Assembly (NCBI GenBank): GCA_030704615.1
Contig: CM060733.1
Coordinates: 15,004,001 to 15,068,000, forward strand
DNA: 64,000 bases
Source of the DNA: Takakia lepidozioides
Lineage: Eukaryota > Plantae > Bryophyta
Direction of reading: 5' to 3'
In this document: positions 63,033-64,000 of the stretch, in pieces
How the letters are laid out: each line of letters begins with the position of its first letter
Numbering within the stretch: the stretch's first letter is position 1
Position numbers and translations under genes: made by a program
The notes under the pieces: generated by a model
The model's database searches: none
What the model was told of the DNA's origin: nothing
Seen by the model: only the letters and a program-made list of their open reading frames with translations

Positions 63033-63705
63033 TCATTTGTCCAGAGCTGGATGAGAGGGAGAAGTGGCAGCAGTACCCTCTTTAAGCTGCTTCTTTGTCC
63101 GAGCTACCATCTGATTGATGTTCATAATGTACCCATCTACATTGAACTTGCGTTTACAGCCTGCATAATTCATGTACCTAATCTTCCCGAAGACTGGGCG
63201 CTCCTTCCAGCCCTGGGCACCAAGAAACCCAACCAAACAAAGACTTCATTAGCAGTATGAAACCTGATTACATCTCTAAAATATACTCAAGAATCATTGA
63301 CTTTATTTACAACTCAAATGCAGTCCCCAATAAATATAAACAAACAACTGACTCATGCCTGATCATGGATGCCGCAAATGGACCACATGCAGCCGACATA
63401 GCCATTGGGATCCCTTCCATCCAATTCATACTGCATAAACAAGCATTAGAACCAGTCAGATAGAGTACAAGAGCGATCAGAATTACAGTTCCCGAAGAGC
63501 CCACTTCCATCACTATCACATGCATTTTGTCCCTGGGTAGGATAATGACACTAATGGAATCTCCAGAAGATTTGGATAGCATGTATGTACGAAACTTGAG
63601 GGAACTTTCAAACACTAAGATACCTTGTCATTGAGATAAATGGCTATGGCAAGTGCCTCCTCAGGACCAGTTGTCCACTCCAATATCTTTTTGGCCCAGT
63701 ACATT
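63033..63705 (-). CDS. PHR1: Class II CPD DNA photolyase, last three exons (5' part outside the window)
   Basis: 63705-63624 [28 protein letters not shown]; 63430-63359 [24 protein letters not shown]; 63212-63033 [23 protein letters not shown]...*. Confidence 0.93.
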
Positions 63706-64000
63706 CTGCCGCAATCCATCCCCATTCCCCGTCAGTGCTGATTATACAGCTCAACTCCTGCTACCACAGCCAGAGTTTGATGTGAAATGGACAGAGATTT
63801 CTGTCTGGTCCGCACCCACCCTCTCCTGTTCTAACTCCCTTGCTACACTTCTCTTTCCATTGACCACAAGCTAATTCTGTATCCTGACTGTACATCTAGT
63901 AGAAAAATAAGGATCAGAAACGTTGCATTGTAAGACACTACCAATTTGAAAAGACACATATAGCAACCAGTCTTGAGCCAAGTCAACCCCTCAGCTCAAA

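Overview
Eukaryotic nuclear DNA from a land plant. Gene structure, PLS-type PPR content and the transposon mix suggest a non-seed plant such as a bryophyte (inference). Genes I could reconstruct from splice sites and reading frames are: PsbX (-, with a 1-nt homopolymer frameshift), a UNE2-like MFS transporter (+), an F-box/PP2 gene (-, frameshifted), a complete 13-exon Polycomb FIE gene (+), a GT17 GlcNAc-transferase (-) and the 3' end of a class II CPD photolyase (-). Positions 1-33 kb and 42-50 kb are mostly nested transposon debris. The most unusual items are: (1) an intron-containing Crypton/DUF3504-type tyrosine-recombinase gene between two hairpins; (2) a PPR-DYW pseudogene split by a 6.3-kb CACTA element that carries antisense, shuffled PPR repeats and OSB-type 'PDF' ssDNA-binding motifs; (3) a second PDF-motif locus whose linker sequence has expanded into a ~104-bp minisatellite; (4) an 800-bp TTAA-flanked piggyBac-like element just upstream of FIE; (5) a LINE family whose copies all lie in introns, mostly at (CT)n microsatellites and stacked in each other's tails. 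Family assignments come from recalled motifs; no database searches were run.
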